A stretch of 64,000 nucleotides of DNA, taken from Klebsormidium nitens (lineage: Eukaryota; Plantae; Klebsormidiophyceae). The notes below the pieces were generated by a model that did not search any database, had not been told where the DNA came from, and saw only the letters and a list, made by a program, of their open reading frames with translations. Made by a program: the position numbers and the translations under genes. Numbering within the stretch: position 1 is the first letter of the stretch; the number at the start of each line of letters is the position of its first letter. Of this stretch, positions 23,041-34,300 are shown piece after piece. The DNA is taken from positions 124,001 through 188,000 of the forward strand of contig DF236993.1 in the NCBI GenBank assembly GCA_000708835.1, written 5' to 3'.

Positions 23041-25879
23041 ATGGCATCCGGCGCATCAGCCTTCGAGTTTGCCTTCAACAACAAGGCCTTTTCTGATAGA
23101 GTGCTTCTCTTGGAGCTGGACGCTTCGTCCTCCGGAATCGAGGAGGACCTGCAAGAAGAAGCAACAGGATTACCTGAAGCAACGGGGGCGCACAACGATA
23201 CTGCTCCCCGCAGAAGAAGAAAACGGAAGGGACGTGATGAAACTGAGGCTTCTGCAACAAACGATGAACGGATCATAGGTTTGTGGTTCACCCCCACTTT
23301 AGCTTCAGGCAAGAGAGACTCAAATTGTTGTCAAAGAAAATTCTAGAATGAAGGGCGTTCCGATCCGTTACTGATCGCTTTCTACTGTTCAGTTTACAGT
23401 GATTTTTAGACATCGCATTGAGATAAAAAGCTGAATAGAAGCGTTTTAATCTTGAATAAAAACGTGGTGCAGGACAAAACCATGAGCAAGAGGTCAAGCT
23501 GGGAGGAATTATATGAGTTCTCAAAATTCTCGAGCATCTGTAGTGTGGTTGAAAAAGGATCCTTCTGTGCGATGCGATGATTACTTGTTTATTGAGGTTC
23601 TGTATCTTTCTATGATGTGCTTACCTTGGTTCCAAGCTCCAAGCACCTTAATAGCAGGCTAGAGCTTTGATTATACAAGCCTGTGCTTTACTGTCTGCTT
23701 GGCTGAAAGGGTTCAATCAGGAGGTGCAGAAAAGGTGACTCTTACGAGTAGGACCGGCCCAGACGGAGTGGCCAGGAAGGAGCTGTTTGTATCTTCAGCC
23801 ATCCTGGCGGGCAAATCGGAGTACTTTCGCCAGGCAAGCTTGGATCTTGGCCCCATTTGATGTTTTCTCGTGCTCAATCGGGATTCTGTACAAAAGGATG
23901 CGCGAGAGCTTCTGAGACGTACTCTCTTTTGGATGCGTATTGCAAGCCAAGGCGTATGCAGCTCAAAGAATCCCATCCGGTTGTCGATCAGAAATCAGTC
24001 TCGCAATTTATCGCAATTTATTCTGTCTATGTTCAGGAAATACAAAGGTCACTTCGCGATTAAAATGACAGAAGCGCAGTGTTTGATCTACCAGAAGCAG
24101 CAATCAGGGGTCAGAATAGAAGTAACCGAGAAGTAATAGCAGTACACGCGGATTTTTGATGCAGTTTTGAAGACCTCCTGTAAGCCTGAACAATTTAATC
24201 GAATGTCATAGTCCATGACGAATCCTGAAGCTCAGGGCGTCGCTCACTTATGAAGATTGGTAATTGCAGCTGTTTTCAAACGGGATGAAGGAGTCCGAGG
24301 AGAAGGAGCTCATCATCAAGCTTGCTGCAAAAGGTATGTTCCGTATGGAAGAAAATTCCCCCTGTTTTACAACAATCTGTAAACAAGAATGCAAATTCCC
24401 TAGTTCTTGCTTCTTGAACTTGCAAGCTCTGCTTTCGGACCGTGTGCAAAAGAAAGCATATGAAGGTTTGTCGATCAATGTGGCCGCTTTGGTCGTTATA
24501 TCCATCGACTTGGTGCTAAGAGTTTCTTCTATCCTCCATGTTCTACTGCCCTCCTGATTTCTTGCTGCTTTCACGAAGACACAAGGATCTCTTACAGCTA
24601 CCAACCACAGGCACATGAAGACCTTTGTATTTTTTTTCTGCACGATTCACCGCAATGACTCTTGAACATTGAAGTGCCTGCGACATTTCTAGAGTTTCGA
24701 GATTGAACAGTCGCAGAAGTCAATCATCCGTTTTGTACAGAGGAGGACGCCTTCGTTGACGCCATCCGCTTCATCTTCTGCGGCCACGTGGCATCCAAGT
24801 CCGTCATCGAGCTCATTCGCCTCATCCTAGTTGCTGACCGCTTCGAGATCCCCTCATGCGTCCAAGGCGCGTGCGACGCGCTCGCCGGAGGGGTGCTGCA
24901 GGCCCAGAAAGGATCCCCCTGGGGCGTCGTAAAGTGCCTACTCGCGCTGCCGGATAGCGTCCGAACGCACAAGACGGTGTCCGAACTCCTGGTGAAGGCA
25001 CAAAAGCTCATGTCAGAGTACTACAAAGATTTTCAAGCCCGCGCGGCCGCGCCGGGGGGACTGTCCGAGCTGTCCGAAGCCGGGCTGCAAATGGTCCTAG
25101 CGTCCGACGATCTGGAGGTGGAGTCCGAAGCGGACGTCTTCGATGCCGTGTGCGCGTGGGTGCGCGCACGCTTCAAGGACGCAGACACGCGGGCGGCCGC
25201 GATGGCGCAGCTCGCGCCGTTCGTCCGCTTCGCCTGGATTCCGCCGGAAAAGCTGGAGGAGTATTTCAAATCGGACGAGATGCAGAGCGACGCGTGTCAG
25301 AAGCTCCTCACGGAGGCTCTGCTGTTCCGATGCTCGCCCAAGGACGCGCGGGCGCGCCTAGTGGAGCGCGCGCATGACGATAGGCGCTTCATCCGCCGGG
25401 GCTCAACCCTGGCAGTCGAGCACTTGCCTGCAAGAATTTGTTGGGACGATTCCGCTGCCTTCTTCGTCGAGCTTCCGGAGGACTCCCTGCCCGCGCACCG
25501 GAGCGGCGCGTCCGTATTCACTGAGGAGCTGTTCTTTGAGGGACAACCGTACCAAGTGGAATTCTTGCGGAGTATTGGTCAAACATTGGGCGCCTTTTTG
25601 CATGTTCTCAAAAAGGTGCCCCGGTCACAGCTGCCGACCATGAAGATCGAGTGCCTGCATGGATTTCCTGGAGTCGACCCGCAATGGTCCCTTGCATCCT
25701 GCACGCCACCCGCGTTCGGTTCCGCGAACCGTTATGGCAGCGACGACATACTTCAGACGATCGGGTGGAGATTCAACTCAATCGCGTGGAGATTCGGCTC
25801 AGGCGGTTGGCAGATCTTCAGAGGGGAGGGTCGTGACAAGGTAGCATCCATCAGGATTGCTCTAAGTAGGAATGGCTAA
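23041..25879 (+). CDS. BTB/POZ-BACK protein of the POB1/LRB family, paralogue A (517 aa)
   Basis: Exons 23041-23278, 23721-23833, 24270-24333, 24741-25879; phases close. Motifs: FEFAFNNKAFSDRVL, LFVSSAILAGKSEYFRQLFSNGMKESEE, LILVADRFEIPSC, LASDDLEVESEADVFDAVCAW, VRFAW. Intron 2 has a GC donor (CAG|gcaagc). Confidence 0.92.
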
Positions 25880-26709
25880 AAGATTCACCGACAATAACGA
25901 AACCGTATCAGAAGGTCACGTTGGTTTCTTGCTGTCTCGGTCGATGAAAGCGAAACTAGGTATCGACCGTCTTTGCCCTGGAGACGCGCTTTAAGCAGCG
26001 AGTATTGCATTTGGCGGGGCGGCCTCTTCTTGACAAATCGATTTGATTGAGCTTGCTCATGAAAAAACTTTCCTGCCTCGCTTGAGACGCGGTACAATCG
26101 GAACCGTGGTGGTTGCAACTTACATGGCCTCTTAATCAAACTCCACGGGCAGAATGACGTATGGATCAAATATGTAGTGCGGCTCAGGACGGCAATAGTG
26201 AGCGCCACTTACAAAACGGAGTCTCTTGTTCCTTCTCTGCAACTGTGTGCAAATACACCACTAGAATCTGGTTACATCATTGACTTTGATGAACGTTTCA
26301 CGTTTAAGATGCCAAAATACTGCAACACTGAAAGTATATGGATCACCCATGGGCGCTCATTAAGGTCAACCGACGTGCAAATGGATCCACCAGGCTCACA
26401 TGGTGCAGGCACGGCTACTTGCAACGTCAAACGACTTGTGCTTAAGCCCAAGGCAGGATAACGTGAGCTTACTGGTAGTTGCATCAGTTGCGCCGATGTC
26501 AGGCCTTGATGAGTATCAAGGCATCTACCTAGATCTAAAACTGCTTCTGCCTGGGGCGGCGGGCAGCCAGGCGCGGCCGCGGGCCCAAAACCCCGAATTT
26601 TTTTCAGACATGTGGCCGCTGACCGCGGCTTGCCCGCGTCTGGCCACTCAACGATCCGATCAGTCGACTGTTGTTGACCAGGCTCGCATAACGTTGCACT
26701 GTACCTACA

Positions 26710-29700
26710 ATGGCGTCTGGCGCATCGGGCTACGAGTTTGCGTTCGACAATGAGACATTTTCTGACAGGGTGCTTTTACTGGAGCTTGAAGCTTCATGCT
26801 TCGGAAATGAGGAAGAAGAAGAAGCGCCAGGTGCTGTTGGAGCAACATGCGATGCACCTCGGAGGAAAAGGAAATGGAAGGGAGGCGATGACAACGAGGC
26901 GTCTCTAACATATGATGAACAAATTGTAGGTTAGCATTCATCTGCAAGGGATGACGGAAGGCTTCAGCATGAACAGCTCTTTTGATACTTCTTCCAACTG
27001 TTCTTGTCGTCTAAGAGTAAGCAAAGTTGAAAGCACCCCTTCATGCATTTGCGATGCTGAATAGAAGCACCTGATAGCACCTTATAGCACCTTGCTTTTG
27101 AACAAAGCTTAATAGAAAAGCTTGAGCAAGAAGTCAAATTAAGAGAACACATGTGACGGTGTCAAGAGTCTCCAACATACTGCAACGTGCTTTCAGAGTG
27201 ATCCCCGATGCTATGGAGGAAGACTCGATCTTGTTTGATCACCAAAACTTCGATCCTGTAGTAGTCGAATTTCATGCTGAGCCTTATGTCAAATGGCTGA
27301 AAATCCTCTCAGATTCATACCGAAGTCTTCAACTTGGCTTGTGGGAAATGAATTTGTTGATTCTTGGAGTGATGCAGTACTGGAGGCGCTTTGCAATCCT
27401 GTACTTCGCCTCTTCGTGACATCCATGACTCTTGGTTCTGCTGTTAAGAAGCAAGGGGGTTAGCTCAGCGTACTTAAAAGGACATTTATGGTAGACGAGG
27501 CATAGTAACCTCTGGCAGCAAGACCAATCCGGTTCAAATGAGGTGTCCTTTTCAACAAGCAAACACCGTCCAATCCTGAGGAGGGGTCCTTTCCACAGAT
27601 CAAGCTTGAGGCCAAGCAAAAGCGCCCTAACTGCAGAAGAGACCTCTTAAGAGCTTGGGAAACCAAGTTATTTCAGATTGAAGATGCGTAGACTGTCTCC
27701 CTGACTGAACTGGTTTAATTGATGTGTAGAGAAAGTTAACCTGTCCAGTAAGACAGGCGCAGATGGAGTGGAAAGGAAGCAGCTGTTCGTGTCTTCAGCA
27801 ATCCTGGCGAGCAACTCGGAATACTTTCGCCAGGTGCGTTTCACTTTCTGCAAGGTCATTACCGTGGCTTTGTGCATCTGTCCACGGGTTGGATGCATGA
27901 GATAGTCTCCAAGACGTGCTCTTGATCATCCTGTTTATATTAAGCGGCGTTGAGTGCAGTGCATGGATTAGCAAGCGTGTTGCCCTTCGAAGAAGGAGTG
28001 TCTTCTCACTCGCTTCACGTTCAAAGAACAACGTAAAACAAGAAAGGAGGATGACAGCGAGTGAATGGCTACAAGCTCCATAAAAATAAGGAAGACAAAG
28101 TTTTCTTTGCTGTCTCAAGGAGCTCTTGGGGGCTGTCTAACAGTCGTAAGGTCGAGTGAGAGAAGCAAACGGAACATGTTTCGAAAGTATATGCATATTC
28201 TTAAAGAGGGCGTCGTGGGACATGTCCCACCTCCGGCGACAGAAAGGCCCGTACATAGCTGTTTTGGTCGCTCAATGCCCATGACAACATACTTTTGGCA
28301 GCGACACCGCAGGTGGTGCCCATGCCATGAAGTCGCCGCGGAGCCACATGGGGTATACCTAGTCTGACGCCCTCTTTAAGAGAACCTTGTATTTCCCTCA
28401 ATTGGAGCATGACAATTTCAACGACTCGCTTGATCCTCAATGCTTTGATTGTCTCCGGCAACTGCAGCTGTTTTCGAACGGGATGAGAGAGTCGGAGGAA
28501 AAGGAGCTCATCATCAAGCTTGCCGCAAAAGGTATGCACAGTCTTTCGGTGCCTATTTCCCCCTGTTCACTAATACCTGACATGATAATCGAGTGCTTTA
28601 TCTACAGATCAGATCTGGAGGCTCTCCTTTAACACCTTGTGCGAAGCACTTACTGCCAAAGGCGTTGTCTTTTCGAAAGGCTTTGAGCCTTTCAACCGTT
28701 GAGGTGGCAAAGACTGACTGTCGGATCGATCTTTATGTCCTACCCAGTCCTACGGCCCTTCTAACTGCTTGCTGCTTCTGACAAATCGGACACGAAGATC
28801 CTTAACTATTAAGTGCCACAAGCCGTTTCTCAAATCGCTTAGCTGTATCTCTACGTGGAGATGCTGAACCGTGTCACAGCAAGGAAACTGATCTATCAAA
28901 ATGCCTACTGCGAATCTGCTTCCTGGGAGATTGCCGCAGACCCAAATCTCAATCGTCCGTCCGCAGAGGAACAAGCCTTCATCGACGCCGTCCGGTTCAT
29001 CTTCTGCGGCCACGTGGCATCCAAATCCGCCCTCGACCTCATCCGCCTCATCCTAGTTGCCGATCGCTTCGGTATCCCGTCCTGCATCCAAGCCGCGTGT
29101 GACGCACTCGCTGGGGGGATGCTGCAGGCCCAGAAAGGATCCCCCTGGGACATTGTAAAGTGCCTTCTAGCGCTGCCGGACAGTGTCCGAACGCACAAGA
29201 CGGTGTCCGAACTCCTGGACCAGGGGCAGAAGCTGATGGCCGAGTTTTACAAAGACTTTCAAGAGCGCGCGCGCGCGCCGGGAGGGCTGTCCGAATTGTC
29301 CGAAGCCGGGCTGCAAATGGTGCTAGCGTCCGACGACCTGGAGGTGGAGTCCGAAACGGACGTCTTCAACGCCGTGCGCGCGTGGGTGCGCGCACGGTTC
29401 AAGGACGCGGACACGCGGGCGGCCGCGATGGCACAGCTCGCGCCGAACGTCCGCTTCCCCTGGATTCCGCCGGAAAAGCTGGAGGGGTACATTGGAATGG
29501 ACGAGATGCAGACCGAGACGTGTCAGAAGCTCCTCACGGAGGCTCTGCTCTTCCGCTCCCTGCCTGAGGACACGCGCGCGCGCTTGATGTCGGAGCGCGC
29601 GCGCGATGGTAGGCGCTTCATCCGTCGAGGCTCCACCCTGGCAGTCGAGAGCTTGCCTGCGAAGTTTCATTGGGACGACCTCAAAACCTTCTTCGTCCTG

Positions 29701-30120
29701 CTTCCGGAGAGTTCCCTGCCCGCAGGCCCGAGCGAAGCGTCCGTCTTCACAGAGGAGTTTTTCTTTGAGGGGAATCCGTATCAGGTGGAATTTGTGCGCA
29801 GTACTGATCGCAAGTTGGGCGCGTTTCTGCATGTTCTCAAAAAGCTGCGCCGGTCACAGCTGCCCAACATGAAAACCGTGTGCCTGCATGCCTGTCCCGG
29901 AGACGAAGAGACCTGGTGCCCAGCACTCTGTGCGGCACCCACGTCCGGAACCACAGATCGTTATGGTAACGACGACATACTTCGGAGAATCCCGTGGACC
30001 TTTCCGATGGCCGAAGACGAATTTGATCAGGAGGGGGATATCTTTAGAGGGGAGGGTTCTCAGAAAGTAGCATCAATCACCTTTGCTTTGACCAGGAAGC
30101 AGCTACTTCTAAACTACTAA
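26710..30120 (+). CDS. BTB/POZ-BACK protein of the POB1/LRB family, paralogue B (513 aa)
   Basis: Exons 26710-26929, 27730-27833, 28468-28531, 28967-30120; phases close. Intron positions match paralogue A. Motifs: YEFAFDNETFSDRVL, LFSNGMRESEE, LASDDLEVESETDVF. Confidence 0.92.
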
Positions 30121-31322
30121 GGCTTAATAAGGGGAGCCTAGTCAATGGGACCGTCCAAGTCGGCCGTATATCAAGTCACGTATCCTCTTTAAAATCAGAC
30201 TTTGGGCCTTAATCAGAGCCGTTGCGACTGTCTCTTGAATCGTGCCTACGTAGACATCGCTTCGACTTCACTTCCTAGTCAGACGCGCCAGCTTGATATA
30301 GTTAGTAACCCTTTTGATTTTTCAAATGGTCGTCGCAAAATACTCGCCGGCCTTGCAAATATCGACGGTTGCTAGACACCGTAGGGTAGTTTGTGTGCCA
30401 CCTTGCAGCTACAGCCCATATCTAACTTGCATACGTTGCTGATTGCCAAGAACTTGCCACATGAGCAAGTAATGATGCGCGTCGTATGTTGACACGGCTA
30501 TTGACTCAATGATCCATGCAATTAAAGTTACCAAACTACCGTCTGCCGATCTACATACACAGATCGATGAATGGCCTGGGACAATTCACCACAATACGTT
30601 GAATGCGGATGTGCGTATACACATGCACCACTCTAATTGAAAATGGCGAGCACCGACTTCGATCAGCCGCACGCATACCAGTATTGTTTCTCCGTATTTC
30701 AGCATGTATCAGAAGAGGAGGAACCCTATGGCATTCCGACGTCTTCACAAGATCCGCGCGGCAAGTGCGTCGGATGCTTAAGAGCAACGGTTTTGAACTG
30801 GCGGCTGACTTGAGACCCGCCAATTCATAGGTTCAAGTCATATCGCGACTACTCCATCGGGTCTACGAACGCCGCCGGGAGCCCTGTCAGGTTTGCTGCT
30901 CCTTTGCGCTGACGAGACCGGTCCCTTCTTCTGTTGGGCGTCAACTGCACAGAAGGGACATACCAGGGACTGCTTTTCAATTGAAGGTCTCAAAGAACCA
31001 TTTCACCTACTATGAGGAAAAGCTTCATGTGACTACAAGTGATATACTGAGTGGCTTGTAGCGGGCTCTCCTTGACCCTCAACCTTTCGGCGAACCGCAG
31101 GAAACAGCGCTTACAAGATGCGGAAACCTATCGAGCGTGGTGTGACGAATGTTTGTTGCCACGATCACCCAAAAGGTGTTGTCAGATGTTCCACAGAAAT
31201 GATGCAGTGCCAGACCTCTGCAAGGAGACTTGAGCTTCGCATAAAACCTATGCGATATTATCCGCAAGCTTGGAAAAGAAAGATTCGCTACAGGAAGAAA
31301 AGCTTAAATACCAGAACCAAAT

Positions 31323-34300
31323 CTACAGAAAGCTTACTCGGGGCTTGACGACCACCTCAACTTCCGTCCGTTGCAGAATGTGGACATCGACCAGGATGCC
31401 CTGCAGAGGTTCGGACAGGGGTGATTAGAGCGTCCAAATCACGGGTTGGGTCCGAAAGGAGGTCCATCGTTCAGACGTTTCTGTAAACGTGAGAAGAAGG
31501 TTCTATTGCAACCGGCAGCAGTGATTTACCTAGACCGTATTACCACGTAGCAACGGCCGTTTGAACGTGAGCGGTGAACGCGCTGTGCGGTCAACGTTCA
31601 GCCGCGGCGCGCGGCTCTCGCAGTGGCCTTGTTTCTATGAAAGTTAAAGGATGTTGGAAACGGCAGTAACGCTGGAAAGTCGGATGTACGTCCAAGGATA
31701 AGCTCATGGCTGAGCACTTGCGGCGTAAGACTGGCATCACAGTCCGACGACATTTAACGGCAGGGCAATCATTGCAGGTGCAGGGGGTCCACTGCAACAA
31801 AATTCGATCTGGGCACTTGATAACCCATAAGTCGACGGATTTCCGGGAGATCACAGTCGGGGGTACAAAAGCGCACCTCCATGTCTATCGAAAACGTCTT
31901 TTCCAGGAGGAAGAAGTCTCTGGTTGGTACGCGCTTCAGGTCAGCCCGCACTTTGCGCCCTTGGCACAGCAGCACGGCCCGCCCTGAAGGAAGAAGCATG
32001 CATTTCCCAAGCTTGAGATGGAATGACAGGAGCTACTGACGGAATCCGTAGGTTGTGAGAGGCCGCCAAAAAGTAGAAGTGCTGCGAGCTTAAGGGCCTG
32101 ACATGGTGAAACAGATGACCAGTCACAGTCAAGGAGGGAGAAAACTGAGATGACACTCAGGCGGGAAGACCACCTGGACTGCGGTTTCGACGTCGAGTGG
32201 CCGTCGTAGAAAGTCCAAGCAACAGCACTTCAGATAGGTGCAGCTTGCGACGACGCTGACGTTCGAAAAGCTCTTCCACGTAGTCTGACGGTTTGACTTT
32301 CAGAAGGTTTCAGCACATTCAATCGAAGCTGACGTTGCGCGCTTCCCGGATAAGATTCAGAGACTGGTTGAGGGCGAGATACCAAGCTTACGGTAAAAGA
32401 TTAAGAATCTGGTTTGAAGCTGGGTTGCTGGGCTGCCGGTCATTGGTTCAAACCGGATTTGAAGAAGACTCCTGCCTGCTAACCAGTCAAGTTAAGCAGG
32501 TGATTTCATACTAGGGTTGGCCTTACCAGTCCCAGGCACCAGCACTCGGGCAATCTCCTTCAGGACCGACGGGAAGACGTTGTTACGCTCTTTCGGGGAA
32601 CCTGGATGGAATCAGACCGTGGTCAATACTTCGTCTTGTTACAGAACGTTACCCCGGTCACTGACCAACGGCAAACTCGTTAATGACACAGCACGAGAGG
32701 AGAAATGTGTTCTCTGGAACGGTGCATCCCTACCCGACATCGGGTGCAGAACGCTTGTCAAGAGCACGGTAATCCGTCTGGCTAGAGAATTTCGTTTGAC
32801 TACTTCAACGACTCGGCTGCTTGACAAGATGTCAGAATTATAAGCTGACTGGTGTATTTGACTGCGTCTGAAAATCTTGGCTGCCCTAGAGAATCTTCTT
32901 ATGTCGCTGTTCACGTCCCTTGCATCAGCTGGGCCACTCACAACCCCGTTTCAAAAGGTTTTGATTCATCGTTGTTGGTCACATGTTAGCTGGACCCAAT
33001 GGGTTGTGCACAAATTGATCTGCTCACTTATGTGCGTGTCACTAGGGCCTTCACGTTTCAGGGCTACGAGAAACCACAAGACGATATCTTTTCTCTGCGT
33101 GTTAACACGGCCTCCAGACTTTACATTCGTGAAAGATGTGACAAACGAAGGAGCGGTCAAGCGGGATGTGTTTCGGCGAACAAGCCGGTCCCTCACCGCA
33201 CAGGATGCCGAAGGGCATGTCCGATATGACGCGGTCCACCGTCCGGTCGCGCCACGGCAGGCGCGTCGCGTCCCATCGGATGACGTCACACGGCCCGGGC
33301 CTTCCTCCTGGGGATCAAGCGACGGAACTTATGAGACGGGGCAAATAAGAAACGGGTGGCCAGCAGCCTTAAACGTCCCGTCCGCTCTGTGCTTGCAGAC
33401 TGTCGACCAAAGCTGCCGCGTGCACAACCGCATCGGGTGTGAATAGCCCCTTCAGGGAGTCCAGGTGTTAAGAGTGCAAAACAATATTGTTCTATCAGAC
33501 GTAAGTAGAGGGGATTGAATGCCATCTGCCGCTGGGGAAACTTCAAAGGACCTCGTCCTCAAAGCCTTGAGCGCCCATGAAAAACCGGTCAGCATCGGGG
33601 TGAAAAAGAATTGGTGAATTTGACCCCGATTTGGCCGGAGACGGTGTTGGAGGGGGTGACGTGGCGAGGTGCCGAGTTTTGGTCTTAGGCATCGTTTGAC
33701 TGGTCGTGGTGTCGTTAAACCACCTCAAATCCTCAAAAGCTTGCCACGTCATCACCTCCAACAAAGTCCTCAATCTTGGTCCAGAAACTACTAGTGCTGC
33801 TTGACCTTGCTCAGATTGCAGGACGGGAATGCGATGGGGACGTCAGCACCTTGCTGCCCGGCCGCCAAGTTGCGCCCCGCCTTTGCGACGGCGTCCTCGA
33901 GTAGCTCCCCCGCAAAGGCGGCGATCGAAGGTCCGTAGAAGTCGGCGGCTTCCAAAGGGATTGTTCCGCAACCGCAGCTGTAACACGACTACGTATGTTT
34001 ATCTATGTCGTCTTGACAAGCAGCGCTTTAAGACGCCGTCGGAAGCTTCCATCACACCACAGCGTTTGATACTCCGACGTATGCGAGAGCGAGCAGGGAG
34101 GGCTTCGAATGTTTTCACCGTGAGAAGCAGCTTTTGAAGACGCCGTCTGGAGCCATATGGAATCATAAAAAGAGGTTTAGAGAAAGAGCAGGGGGGGTTT
34201 GGTGTAATTCAACCCTGAGAAGCAGCCGTTCAAGACTCGTCTGGATCTAGCCGGATTGGAAGAACGGAAAAAGCAGGGAACACTCACATTGGAAGCTGAG

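Noticed and set aside
32200-32500. Minus-strand frame with isolated TGA/TAA stops, suggesting a pseudogene
   Set aside because: Lies inside THUMP intron 13, has no identifiable homology and could be chance.
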